From contig OZ024741.1 of assembly GCA_964016885.1 (NCBI GenBank), positions 373,736,001 through 373,800,000 on the forward strand: DNA of 64,000 bases. The letters are read 5' to 3'. Origin of the DNA: Eledone cirrhosa (taxonomy: Eukaryota). Of this stretch, positions 12,471 to 26,595 are shown piece by piece; positions within the stretch are counted from its first letter, which is position 1, and every line of letters begins with the position of its first letter. The notes below the pieces were generated by a model that did not search any database, was not told the DNA's origin, and worked only from the letters and a program-made list of their open reading frames with translations. A program made the translations under genes and the position numbers.

Positions 12471-14249
12471 CTTTAACGTTGGCTTTTATAAATATAGAAA
12501 GAAAATGACTAGTCTAATTTGAATGTCATCGTACGTATAATTTGTTGTTGTTTTTTTTCCGCAAGAGTAGCTCTGATAGTGGAGACTATTGAAACCCAAC
12601 AATCGGTTATGTTGCTATACCAACAGGGTTGCCTTTTCATAAAGACTTGATAGAAGAATCTATTAAAAGAACCTCAGACTGGCAACTATTTAGCAACATT
12701 TAATATCCACTGTGTTAATCGATACAAAATAGTGAGAATTAGCAGAAAATCACCGCACCAGAAACAACCAAACATGAATCGCCACAGAAACAGAAATCTG
12801 TGACGTCAACCAACTCAGTACACTTCCGATAGATTTTCTAATTGATTTCTAAAAATATGCAGCCCGGAGTAAAGCATACAACCTGGGACTATCCCTTAAA
12901 ATTTAGCTTTCAATGAACCTGCCAAGTAGCCTTTCTGTGGTTAGTTGCTCAACCTGCTAGAAATAGTAACGAAATCTTCTTCAAAACAGTTCCTACCTGG
13001 TTAGTTGTTCGGCTTGCTAGATATAATAGCGAAAACTTCCTCAAATCATATCCTATGAGGTTAGTCGCTTGACCTACTAAAAAATAAAAGCGAAATCTTC
13101 CTCAAATCACATCCTACATCCTAAAAAAGGAAAGGACGCATTAAATATTGTTAGTCCTACATGACCCTAAAACAACAAGGTGGTAGTGGCTGGAATACAT
13201 ATTCGATCAGTATTGACATGGGGTTATAAAATAACAACAACGATAGCAATTATATTTTGTAAAAAAGGACAATCATAAACCTTACCATAAAAAACGTAAC
13301 AACCTTCCTAAAAGCAACTCCATCCACTTTATTACAAATATACATTAACGAACATTTAAGTACTAAATCGTTGTCTGTATGGCGTAGCATCCTAAACTAG
13401 GCGGGAAGAGGTGTAAGTCACTACTTAGCGATAAGGTAACGGACGGTATTCGAGGGATATTGTGTTCGATACCTCGTAAGCGACTCTGCCACTTTTCACC
13501 GTCTCTGCGATTGACTGGCGTCCTGTCCAGGGACAAGCACCGGCCTGATTAGCCCCCGGGCTGGAGACAGACTTTAGACTTTTTACGGATAGTTTTTTTC
13601 AATTTTCTCAACTATTATCTATAGCGACCGACTGTTATCATAGTTATTTTCTGCATTTGTGATTCTTACATTTTCAAAGTTGTTGTTTAGCCCCAGGTCA
13701 GTTCTGATTGAGCAGACCGATGTAGAAAGGCACACTAAGCGTGGCCATCTCATCTTTCAGACACGGTGTTTATATGATTACATTATTCAATATGTCCTTC
13801 ATTTTTTAAACGCTAAGGAAAGAGATTTGGCAGTGATTTCTTGCAGGTCTAGAGACTACGTAAAGTTTAACGGATGGGTTCCTCCAAATGCTCTAATCAA
13901 GCAGACCTATGATCAACAGTGCTCAGGTCGTAACCACCCAGTTATTTTGTATATCTAAGACTATATTGTACAACTTATTTTTCCTTTTCCTTAAGATAGT
14001 GGGGTGGGGGCATGAATTAAGGAGGGATTTTGGCTGCTATCTCTAGTAGATCAAACCTCCAGGTAGAGGCCCCCTTGTTAGCTTACGTAAACGTCAAGTA
14101 AAAATGCATGTAAAAGAAGATAACCCAAGAAGATTACACATTAACAACAGCGAAGGACTTCTAAACTAATGATTCTCAAACATTTGGCACCTTGAGCAGG
14201 AATTTCAAATCTCGCGGGAGGAATCCAAACGGCTAAATAGTGTAAGACA

Positions 14250-14545
14250 CGTGGTTTAGTGTTTAGAGAGTTGAATTTACAATCGTGAGATTGTGAGTTC
14301 AATTACAGGATCGGGCGATGTGTTGTGTCTTTTAGCAAGGCACTTTATTTCACGTTGCTCCAATTCACTCAGCTGTAGAAATGAGTTGTGACATCACTGG
14401 TGCCAGGATGTGTAGAGGGGAGAGTATTAGGCATTGGCGACTGCTGGTTTTCCACAAATACACTTTACCCGGGTTTCTACCTGGGAGGCAAACTTTCTAG
14501 GTGAAAAACCCATGATCATTCGTGACCGAAGGGTGTCTTTGCTTC
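14250..14545 (+). mobile_element. tRNA-derived SINE with V/CORE-like central domain
   Basis: GTGGTTTAGTG...GAGTTCAATT head and TTAGCAAGGCACTTTATTTCACGTTGCTCC core. Related copies at 25530 (-), 50605 and 54737. Confidence 0.7.
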
Positions 14546-16700
14546 TATGATATGAAATGCACATATACCCTACAATAGAATATATTGTGTGTATATCATA
14601 TGAAATATCAATATACCCAACTATAGTGTATGTTGTGTATATATGAAATAGCAACAACCCAACAATAATGTGTACATATCATGAAATCTCAACATACACA
14701 ACTATAGTGTATATGATATGAAATACAAATATACCCAACTATAATGTATATTGTGTATATATCACATGAAATATCAACATACTTAACTATAATGTATATT
14801 GTGTATATATCATAAAATATCAACAACCCAACTATAGTGTATATTGTGTATATATAAAATATCAACAACCCAACTATAGTGTATATTGTGTATATATCAT
14901 AAAATACTAACATATCCAACTATAGTGTATATTGTGTATATATCATAAAATACTAACATATCCAACTATAGTGTATATTGTGTATATATCATAAAATATC
15001 AACATATCCAACTATAGTGTACTAGCATTAAAGCCCGGCGTTGCTCGGGGTCATTAAGTTACCAAAGTTAGGTTGCACCACCCATTTTATGGCAGCACTT
15101 TTTTGTCTGCCAGGCACTGGGTGAATGAATTGCAGACCTGGAAGCAGGAGCTGCGCCAGCAGTGACAATTGTAGTTTCGCCTATGGATATTATCTCTGTG
15201 CAAAAAAGTGTTGAAATTTATTGTTTCACAGTACTTGCGCAACACGCGCGTAGACGATGCCAGCCGAACAACAGAGCTGCGATGGAGTGCAAAAAAGTGT
15301 TAAAATTTATTGTTTCACAGTACTTGCGCAACACGCGCGTAGACGATGCCAGCCGAACAACAGAGCTGCGATGGAGTTGTTCTGCATGGTTGTCTGTGTG
15401 TTTTCTAAATTTAAGACAGTAGGGAGGGTTGTGATATGAGGGAGAGTTAGCTGTTGTTTCTAGCAGGTTTGGTGACCTCATAGAGGATATGTGTTTTCTA
15501 AATTTAAGACAGTAGGGAGTGGTGTGATATGGACGAGAGTTAGCTGCTGTTTCTAGCAGGTTTCGTGACCTCATAGAAGATATGTTTTCTAAATTTAAGA
15601 CAGTAGGGATGGGTGTGATATGGGGGAGAGTTAGCTGCTGTTTCTAGCAGGTTTAGTAACCTCATAGAGGATATGTGTTTTCTAAATTTAAGACAGTAGG
15701 GAGTGGTGTGATATGGGGGAGAGTTAGCTGCTGTTTCTAGCAGGTTTAGTGACCTCATAGAAGATATGTTTTCTAAATTTAAGACAGTAGGGAGGGGTGT
15801 GGTATGGGGGAGAGTTAGCTGCTGTTTCTAGCAGGTTTAGTGACCTCATAGAAGATATTATTGTTTATCATTATCTATAAAAGGCAGATTGTTGTTGTTG
15901 TTGTTGAAGTGAGTGTGTGTTTGTATGCGTTTGGAAAAGAGGTTTTAAAAAAGATTTATCGCTTGTTGTTGAATAAATGTATCTGTTGCTTTTGAATAAT
16001 TGTCGTTTAGTATGAAATGTAATAATTTGAAGTATAAAAGAGAAAGTAGCAAAATGTGTGGGTTGTAGATAGAGGAGGAAAGCAGATGATATGAGAGAGT
16101 AAAACGGACAGTATCCCATCAAGCTTGGAAAGAGAAAGTAGCAGAAAGTATGAAGTTGTATAGATTTTGAATGGTAGTGGAAAGAGTTTAGCAGTTTAAA
16201 GGACAGAGAAAAATCGTAAAATATTGAGTTTTATCTATTTTTTGCGTAATTGTGGGTGAAATTGAAAAAATGAGATGTGCCAAGACGCAATCGAAACTAC
16301 TTCGAATACTGAATTGTAAATTTCAATTGAAGAAATTCTATATCGTAGATTTTATAAGAAAGGAGCATGACCACACACTGAGCTTTATAGATTATGATAT
16401 TGTGTATATATCATAAAATATCAACATATCCAACTATAGTGTATATTGTGTATATATCATAAAATATCAACAACCCAACTATAGTGTTTATTGTGTATAT
16501 ATCATAAAATACCAACATATCCAACTATAGTGTATATTGTGTATATATCATAAAATACCAACATATCCAACTATAGTGTATATTGTGTATATATCATAAA
16601 ATACCAACATATCTAACTATAGTGTATATTGTGTATATATCATAAAATACCAACATATCTAACTATAGTGTATATTGTGTATATATCATAAAATACCAAA
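14530..16700. repeat. About 46-bp minisatellite (AACTATAGTGTATATTGTGTATATATCATAAAATA...) split by a Helentron-like insertion
   Basis: Units at 14530-15020 and 16397-16700. Confidence 0.9.
15021..16396 (+). mobile_element. Non-autonomous Helitron/Helentron (HINE/DINE-like) element carrying internal tandem repeats
   Basis: Starts ACTAG...CCCGGCGTTGCTCGGG (subterminal hairpin) and ends CTTTATAGATTATG. It interrupts the minisatellite with no obvious TSD. Internal 92-bp x2 and ~90-bp x5 repeats. Confidence 0.7.
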
Positions 16701-16983
16701 GGATGATCATGAATTAAGTTCAGACTTAATCTTTATTGCATTCATATTTTCCTTCTCTTACTCAATTGAAAATGATTTGATTTATTCAAGTATTGTATTC
16801 GGCGTTTGCATATATAAAAAGAAAAATGAAAAAGAAAGAGAGATAGATAAAACAGTGAAAGTATGGGAAAGGTTGGTGAGAAGAAGATACTACACCCCAG
16901 TCTAGATAATTAATTGTTTCTACTTTTGGCACAAGGCCAGCAATGACAAATGAAGATATAACAAATCGTCCTTGTATTATTAT

Positions 16984-18464
<1,481 letters not shown>

Positions 18465-18518
18465 CGGTTTCAACACACGATTTCAGATAAAGAATCTTGC
18501 TAAACAAATTCAGAAACG

Positions 18519-18611
<93 letters not shown>

Positions 18612-18691
18612 AGTGGAAGCCTAGTAAAATCGAAGCTTTGGCTGTGGCTAAACAAAGTCGACCTATATTAAGGAATGAGTAGCAAAGCACT

Positions 18692-19432
18692 TATAACGGC
18701 GACGAGGATTCGAAATCGAATCTGAGCTTTCCCGCCTCTGGGACAAGCCGTAGTAACTTGTTTACGCTCAAAAGACTAACCCCTTGGGAGAGGCTAAACA
18801 CAGGTCAGAGGTGTTTACGCCTGACAGAAAATAGGTCAGAGGATATATCCATATTTCTGACTTGTTTACGCTTGGCAAACTAATCCCTTGGGAGACTAAC
18901 CAAAGTTCAGAGGATATATCTATCCTTCTAACTTCAACTCTTATAAATACAGGGGTTATTTACGCCTCGACAGAAAAGAAGTGATATACAGACAAGACAA
19001 GTCGCATTTACAAGCTCTCGTCACGGAAAACTAGTCTGCCACTTATTCTCACCTTCCTGGCTGATCGCTGACTCCTGCAATACAAATAAGTAAATATACT
19101 GATACGCACACACGCATTCATAGTGAGTTCAGTATTTTTGCACGCACCATTTCTGTTTACACATATTGTACCTTTCTGATACAGTACAAATTATATTATA
19201 ATCGTATTCTGTGATACTTGAATTTACGTGGCTCGAAGAGCCACCAAATTATTGTATGAATATTTTTGTGTTATTGATTTTATCATTCAATATTCAAATT
19301 GAATATTGTTATAATAAAATAAACTTTGTAACAACACAATCCTGGTATTTTTCTTTACATCGAAACCACCATACCAACAGTTACATTCATCCATCCACTT
19401 ATCGTTACAACCACACATAATATTCCGTTACA
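18692..19432 (+). mobile_element. Solo LTR (Ty3/Gypsy-like), 741 bp
   Basis: Termini T(A)TAACGG...CCGTTACA and a 4-bp TSD CACT. It splits an element that is contiguous at 4324-4497. TATAAA at ~18942 and AATAAA at ~19313. Confidence 0.85.
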
Positions 19433-19686
19433 CACTCAATAAGGGTAGGTCTTTAGAGTAATAACATTACGTTTAAATAGCTTGACAAATTGAAAATCGC
19501 GGTAGGCAAAACCCAACCATACAGTACTAAAACAACGAAAGAACTAATCAGGTTAAAACAACATATATATATATATATATATATAGTAATAATAATAAAA
19601 TTGAAGACTAAAATCCAAAGAGGGCTCGATAAGGAAAATATATATCAAATATATAAGAACCGTAGAGCAAATATTTATTAAAATAA

Positions 19687-19760
19687 CAGATTAAAGTTTA
19701 AGCAAAGAATCGCTGCTTTCACCCTTAACGGGATCTTCTTAAACTAACAAAGTCAATCTG
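19687..19760 (-). ncRNA. pLTR hammerhead-like motif (core AAGAAGA)
   Basis: Same fold as 24856-24929, with a C3 substitution. Confidence 0.55.
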
Positions 19761-20640
19761 TAAACGCAGAACTGGATATTTCAAAAAACGTTGCAACCGG
19801 AGGAAAACAGGAATACTATACTTTGGTTCGTGGTAACGTTCGCTGGCAAAGAACGGGAAAAAACGAATAATACGTCATTAATAAACCACGTTTATGGTAT
19901 AAAAGAGGTCGTAGACTAATGTTCTCTTAGGTGGTGCATAGAGACGTTCTCTGGCAATGAACGAAAAAACGAAGATAATAAGTCATATGTGGAGCGTGGA
20001 GAACAATAGCACGCAAAAACAAAACCACGTAAATGGTATAGCAGAAATCGTAGACTAAAATTCTAACTAGGAGACCAAATGAATCTCCGCTACAGAGTTA
20101 AGAACAAAGTAAATAAATACAATACAGAAGTAATAGAAACAAATAAATACATACACGCAAACAGATACGTACATACACAAGCATACGCAAAACCTTACCA
20201 TGGGTATACAAAACCACGCACATATAAATATGTGTGTGTGTGTATGCTTGTGTACAAATAAATAAATAATTATTTAAACGTATATAAGTAAATAAATACG
20301 TATATAACAAGCGCACACGCATACCTACATATAAATACACGAATGTTCGGAGACGTAAGTCAACTAAAACAAGAAGTACACATATACACACACCCACCAT
20401 ACGTACGAACCTGCACACTCACGCGGACGCAAAACTCCCGTATACACATAGCCAAACCCTAAATACCACAATATGTAAAAATTATACGCTATAACAGTCA
20501 AATATACGTACGAGAAGGTATACATACCTTCACAAAACATACGGGTAATATATACTTACCTATGCAAATAAGTAAAGGAATAAACAAAACATATACTTAG
20601 CTCCCACATCAAGACGTAAAATATCCACGTATAGATCGTA

Positions 20641-22759
20641 CTATCCGTTAGGGTATAACGTGGGGCTGTAATACAGGAAAGTTTTGTGCAATTTATGTTT
20701 ACAAGCCGAAATTGCCTCAGATTTTTTGTTTAAGATGTGGTCTGTAGCGTAGAGTAATTCCAGGGCCTCAGCGGCGCAGAGGTCACATGGTCTTTTATTT
20801 CCGTTATAGATCTAGCCCTAGCTAGGATCTCCCAGTGTAACTTATATTGGGTGTGGTTGTCTTTTAGACTCCAGATATAAGCTGAAAGTGACGTCATATT
20901 CCTTCTTAGAGGGTAACGAAAAGAATGGGTATGCATGTAAAGACGCTGCTTGAAACTATTGGCGGTTAACCCTATGTAGGCCCTACGGGACGTGGGTGTT
21001 ACAACCTTACATTAGTAGACAATGTTACTAGAGAGGCATTTCCCGGATAGGGGGCAATCAGCCCGATTCCTACAATTACAGTTAGTACTAACTACAGGGT
21101 TGCACGTGTTCCTACGGCTAGGTAGTTTAGCTAAATTTGAAGCTGTGATGTTATGTGCAAGGTTAGGAGTCGTAGAGTAAGAAATTTTAATAGTATTTCT
21201 ATTAAAAATGTTACTATATTTATGTGTAGGGGGAAAAAGCTTCGTAATAAGGGAAAGAAAGATCTTAGCTAATGGTGTGGCCACCTCCATATTATATGGT
21301 GGGTTAAACCAACAAATGCGACGGGATCTATTTCTTCTAGGTCTATTTTCGTACTCTGTATATGCTACCTTATCGACAAATCCACTTGGAGCAAGAGCTT
21401 CATTGTAATAAGTGGAATGGTCGTTGAAAATGCGCTCGTTGGTGGAAAGACGGGAAAGCCTCAACGAAACATTTCTTACCAGGTTCTTGGTTATGCTGGC
21501 AGGATGGTTGGAATGCTTACTTATGTAATTAAGCGTATCATTCGGCTTTCTATACGGGTAATACAACCCATTCAATAAATTGAGGGTAACGTCGAGGTAA
21601 TTAACGACCGAGAGATTGGCCTCAACCTGTATAGAGAGGTTGAAGCCTTTAAAGAAGGCTGTGAGTTCTTTTCTGAACCTGTCGCAAGCACGAGGTCCGC
21701 ACTTAGTCATGGTCAAAAGACCATCGTCACGGTACAAACCACCGCCCGCGTTGGGGAATTCGTCCTTGATAGAGAAAAGAAGGAAAAGGCCAATAAGATC
21801 AGTAACCTCCGCAGAGTCACTGGCGCCCATACTCACGTCGAATGGGGTACTATTGGATTTTTTAATCCAAATAGAGTCGTCGAAATTAATCACCGACTTT
21901 CAGGCATTAAGGATGACATCAACTTCAAAATCCTTAACCACTGTGAGTGTTTTAGCGAAATTGATAGCTCTAAGGAGAAGTGGTAAAGTGATGGAGGAGT
22001 AGTAATTGTTGATGTCGAATTGGATAAAACGGCAATGTTCCTTGTTACATATGCCGTTGAACCGATCAATCACCGCGAAAGAATTGTTCCACAGTGCGAG
22101 AGGGGCCAAACTTCTAATTTCAGGTATAATTCTATCAAGAATCGTTTTACTAAGTCTACCTAAATCGGACTTTGTTGGGTTAATAAGCCGAATAGAGGGG
22201 TTGTTCGGAAAATTGGATTTGTGATCCTTCAGGGTAAAGTGGGGAGAAATAGGGTCCAGAGGTTCGGTCCGGTCCAGGATGTTGAGATCAGATGTGATTT
22301 TAAACCAAGCATCGTTGATTTCATTGATGACACACCGATTAGTTTTACGGTAATCCTTAGTTACAGCATTATGTAGTAGTTGATGGTAAGTACTGCGCTC
22401 CACTTGATATAGGTTGCCAGTTTTGTCGGAATGGACGTGCACGGCGTTAGAATCCTTAATAGAACGAATTCTATTCTTCAGGTCTTGCTGGAAGGAATTG
22501 CTCCTATTCCGAAATCTGATATTCCGAATGAGTTCCAAGACATCATTTTCGAAAGGTAGCAATGCTGGGTTCCACGGAGGGTTATTATAAGTTTTAAATC
22601 CAAATTTATCCTGTTTGTTGTCTGCTTTTCGAAATAAAAGGCACGCCAACGCAACCTTTTAATGAACGCGTCTGTTTTCTGTATCAGGAGTTTTAGGTAT
22701 GTTTTCCTGCTTGGTACGGGTATGTTCTTTGTAGAAATATTCAGATGTTGTTTCTGCAT
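20641..22759 (-). pseudogene. Penelope-like RT / GIY-YIG endonuclease polyprotein (~705 codons; 2 stops, 2 frameshifts)
   Basis: KNIPVPS...FIKRLRWRAF N-terminus; RT motifs QFDINNYY, MGASDS and LYRDDG; CNCR..CPLSGKC linker; IVY*C...YIG...FKQR...CDLC..E...LNKKSE endonuclease. Confidence 0.92.
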
Positions 22760-22904
22760 GATGAATATAAGTCAGTAGAGTGCTCAACCGAAGGAGCCAA
22801 ATAGTAATAATAATAAAATTGAAGACTAAAATCCAAAGAGGGCTCGATAAGGAAAATATATATCAAATATATAAGAACCGTAGAGCAAATATTTATTAAA
22901 ATAA

Positions 22905-22978
22905 CAGATTAAAGTTTAAGCAAAGAATCGCTGCTTTCACCCTTAACGGGATCTTCTGAAACTAACAAAGTCAATCTG
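22905..22978 (-). ncRNA. pLTR hammerhead-like motif (core CAGAAGA)
   Basis: Reverse complement of the motif at 24856-24929. Confidence 0.65.
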
Positions 22979-23402
22979 TAAACGCAGAACTGGATATTTC
23001 AAAAAACGTTGCAACCGGAGGAAAACAGGAATACTATACTTTGGTTCGTGGTAACGTTCGCTGGCAAAGAACGGGAAAAAACGAATAATACGTCATTAAT
23101 AGGAGCGGTGAAAAACAATTACGCGCAAAGACAAAACAACGTTTATGGTATAAAAGAGGTCGTAGACTAATGTTCTCTTAGGTGGTGCATAGAGACGTTA
23201 TCTGGCAATGAACGAAAAAACGAAGATAATAAGTTATATGTGGAGCGTGGAGAACAATAGCACGCAAAAACAAAACCACGTAAATGGTATAGCAGAAATC
23301 GTAGACTAAAATTCTAACTAGGAGACCAAATGAATCTCCGCTACAGAGTTAAGAACAAAGTAAATAAATACAATACAGAAGTAATAGAAACAAATAAATA
23401 CA

Positions 23403-23941
23403 TACTCTACGACTCCTAACCTTGCACATAACATCACAGCTTCAAATTTAGCTAAACTACCTAGCCGTAGGAACACGTGCAACCCTGTAGTTAGTACTAA
23501 CTGTAATTGTAGGAATCGGGCTGATTGCCCCCTATCCGGGAAATGCCTCTCTAGTAACATTGTCTACTAATGTAAGGTTGTAACACCCACGTCCCGTAGG
23601 GCCTACATAGGGTTAACCGCCAATAGTTTCAAGCAGCGTCTTTACATGCATACCCATTCTTTTCGTTACCCTCTAAGAAGGAATATGACGTCACTTTCAG
23701 CTTATATCTGGAGTCTAAAAGACAACCACACCCAATATAAGTTACACTGGGAGATCCTAGCTAGGGCTAGATCTATAACGGAAATAAAAGACCATGTGAC
23801 CTCTGCGCCGCTGAGGCCCTGGAAATACTCTACGCTACAGACCACATCTTAAACAAAAAATCTGAGGCAATTTCGGCTTGTAAACATAAATTGCACAAAA
23901 CTTTCCTGTATTACAGCCCCACGTTATACCCTAACGGATAG
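23403..23941 (+). pseudogene. Inverted duplicate of the Penelope C-terminal zinc linker / GIY-YIG region
   Basis: Near-identical to the reverse complement of 20641-21179, with the same TAA stop and the same 1-nt frameshift. Confidence 0.9.
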
Positions 23942-24855
23942 CACGATCTATACGTGGATATTTTACGTCTTGATGTGGGAGCTAAGTATATGTTTTGTTT
24001 ATTCCTTTACTTATTTGCATAGGTAAGTATATATTACCCGTATGTTTTGTGAAGGTATGTATACCTTCTCGTACGTATATTTGACTGTTATAGCGTATAA
24101 TTTTTACATATTGTGGTATTTAGGGTTTGGCTATGTGTATACGGGAGTTTTGCGTCCGCGTGAGTGTGCAGGTTCGTACGTATGGTGGGTGTGTGTATAT
24201 GTGTACTTCTTGTTTTAGTTGACTTACGTCTCCGAACATTCGTGTATTTATATGTAGGTATGCGTGTGCGCTTGTTATATACGTATTTATTTACTTATAT
24301 ACGTTTATATAATTATTTATTTATTTGTACACAAGCATACACACACACACATATTTATATGTGCGTGGTTTTGTATACCCATGGTAAGGTTTTGCGTATG
24401 CTTGTGTATGTACGTATCTGTTTGCGTGTATGTATTTATTTGTTTCTATTACTTCTGTATTGTATTTATTTACTTTGTTCTTAACTCTGCAGCGGAGATT
24501 CATTTGGTCTCCTAGTTAGAATTTTAGTCTACGATTTCTGCTATACCATTTACGTGGTTTTGTTTTTGCGTGCTATTGTTCTCCACGCTCCACATATGAC
24601 TTATTATCTTCGTTTTTTTCGTTCATTGCCAGAGAACGTCTCTATGCACCACCTAAGAAAACATTAGTCTACGACCTCTTTTATACCATAAACGTGGTTT
24701 TGACTCTGCGCGTAATTGTTTTTCACCGCTCCTATTAATGACGTATTATTCGTTTTTTCCCGTTCTTTGCCAGCGAACGTTACCACGAACCAAAGTATCG
24801 TCTTCCTGTCTTCCTCCGGTTGCAACGTTTTTTGAAATATCCAGTTCTGCGTTCA

Positions 24856-24929
24856 CAGATTGACTTTGTTAGTTTCAGAAGATCCCGTTAAGGGTGAAAG
24901 CAGCGATTCTTTGCTTAAACTTTAATCTG
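24856..24929 (+). ncRNA. Type-I hammerhead-like ribozyme with non-canonical core in the pLTR
   Basis: Stem I AGTTT/AAACT plus distal CAGATTGA/TTAATCTG, core CAGAAGA, stem II CCC-gttaa-GGG, GAAA, stem III AGCA/TGCT, CUU triplet ending at 24916. Confidence 0.7.
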
Positions 24930-24937
24930 TTATTTTA

Positions 24938-24994
<57 letters not shown>

Positions 24995-25286
24995 CAACCA
25001 TACAAACTAGAAAATTTATGTTTTGATAAATTAATGGTTTGCATAAGAGAAACCCCATTATTTTATGTTGATTGTTGACACATGCAAGTGATTAAAGAAG
25101 AATGATATTTTTATTATTTATTTCTAGGATATAATTAAATAAGAACTAATTATATAGATAGATGTAGAGTTAGAACCCATGACCTTGTGATTGTAAAGCG
25201 AACTTCTTACTGTGGTACCATGACTGATATAGGAAATGCATTGTGTGTAAATTTTTAAGAGTTACTGACTTAGATACATATAAATA

Positions 25287-25467
25287 CAGACCTGCCAACC
25301 TCTAAAAACCCAAATGGGGAGTACCATGAAAAAAAGTGTCCCAACGGTAAAATGGGGAGATTTTACATAATGAAAGCTATACCAATTTTCACAAGAGAAG
25401 ACATCTCTCACCCACTCTAAATTGGGTGGGGGATCTCCCCGTCGTACGGGGAGAGTTGACAGGTCTG
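25287..25467 (+). mobile_element. MITE (CAGACCTGCCAAC TIR), copy 2
   Basis: TIRs and an exact 6-bp TSD TAAATA. Confidence 0.88.
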
Positions 25468-26199
25468 TAAATATACATGGTATATTATTCCTTTTCTAAA
25501 TCCCGGGACTCCTGGTAGAGTCATCTAAAAGTCTAAAGTCTGTCTTAAGCCAGAAGGCTCATTTGGCCGATACTTGTCGCGGTTTCTCTTAAAGCGACTG
25601 AGAGTACAAGACTCCCCACTGGACAGGACGCCACTCCATCGCAGGGTTAAACACCCAGCTATTGCTGGTACTCATTTTTAAGCTGAGTATACCGGAGCAA
25701 CGTGAATGAAGTGTTTTGCTAAAAAAAACAACATGCAACCCAGGAATCGAACCCACGACATTATGATCGTAAGTCCAACCCCCTTACCACTAGGCCACGT
25801 GCCTTCACACGGTAGAGTTGTAGTGGGGGCCGTAATGACATACGGCGTTTCTTGGACATGTTAAGCCTTGCGGAGCACATCTCTTCACGTTTAAATACAA
25901 TAGATCTTCCTGAGAAGGAGCAGAGAGGGAGATAAAAAGGAAGTGAGAAAGAGACATGGAGGAAGAATCGTCCCCAGTACAAACCTGGTACTTTTTTATC
26001 GACCTCGAATGGATAAAAGACAAAGTGGACCTCATCGGGATTTGAACTCCGAGAACAGAGAGCCGGAATGAATAGTGCAAAGCATTCTATTCGACCTTCT
26101 AACGCCTCTGTCAATTCGCCACCCCTTGGCATATTATTATAACTGAGGATATATCCATGTATATCTCTGTGGTTGCTTGGATGTGTGTGTAGGTTTATA

Positions 26200-26433
26200 G
26201 AGGGAATGAGAGAAAGAGAAGGAAGAAAGAAACGAGAGAGATGAAAAGATGGAGAGAGAGAGAGAGGAAAAGATGGAGAGAGAGATGAAAAGATGGAGAG
26301 AGAGAGGAAAAGATGGAGAGAGAGAGAGGAATAGATGGAGAGAGATAGGAAGAGATAGGAAGAGATGGAGAGGGGGAGAGAGAGGAAGGAAAAGATGGAG
26401 AGAGCGAGGAAAAGATGGAAAGAGCGAGGAAAA

Positions 26434-26487
<54 letters not shown>

Positions 26488-26595
26488 GATGGAAAGAGCG
26501 AGGAAAAGATGGAGATAGAGAGAGAGTGAAAGATGAACAGAGAGGGAGGGGGAAAGATGAACAGAGAGAGATAGAGATAGAGAGAGAGAGACAGC
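26200..26595. repeat. GA-rich compound repeat (GAGGAAAAGATGGAGA units)
   Basis: Direct inspection. Confidence 0.9.

Larger units (their letters stand above)
19583..24945 (-). mobile_element. Composite Penelope-like retroelement (probably Naiad-type): pLTR-ORF-pLTR plus an inverted 5'-truncated copy
   Basis: Direct repeats at 19583-20154 and 22801-23405, inverted copy at 23403-24945, RT + GIY-YIG ORF, inserted in (TA)n. Confidence 0.92.

Noticed and set aside
21900-21902. In-frame TGA in the Penelope ORF as Sec readthrough
   Set aside because: The context A*KS fits a CGA(Arg)->TGA transition, and the ORF also has a TAA stop and frameshifts
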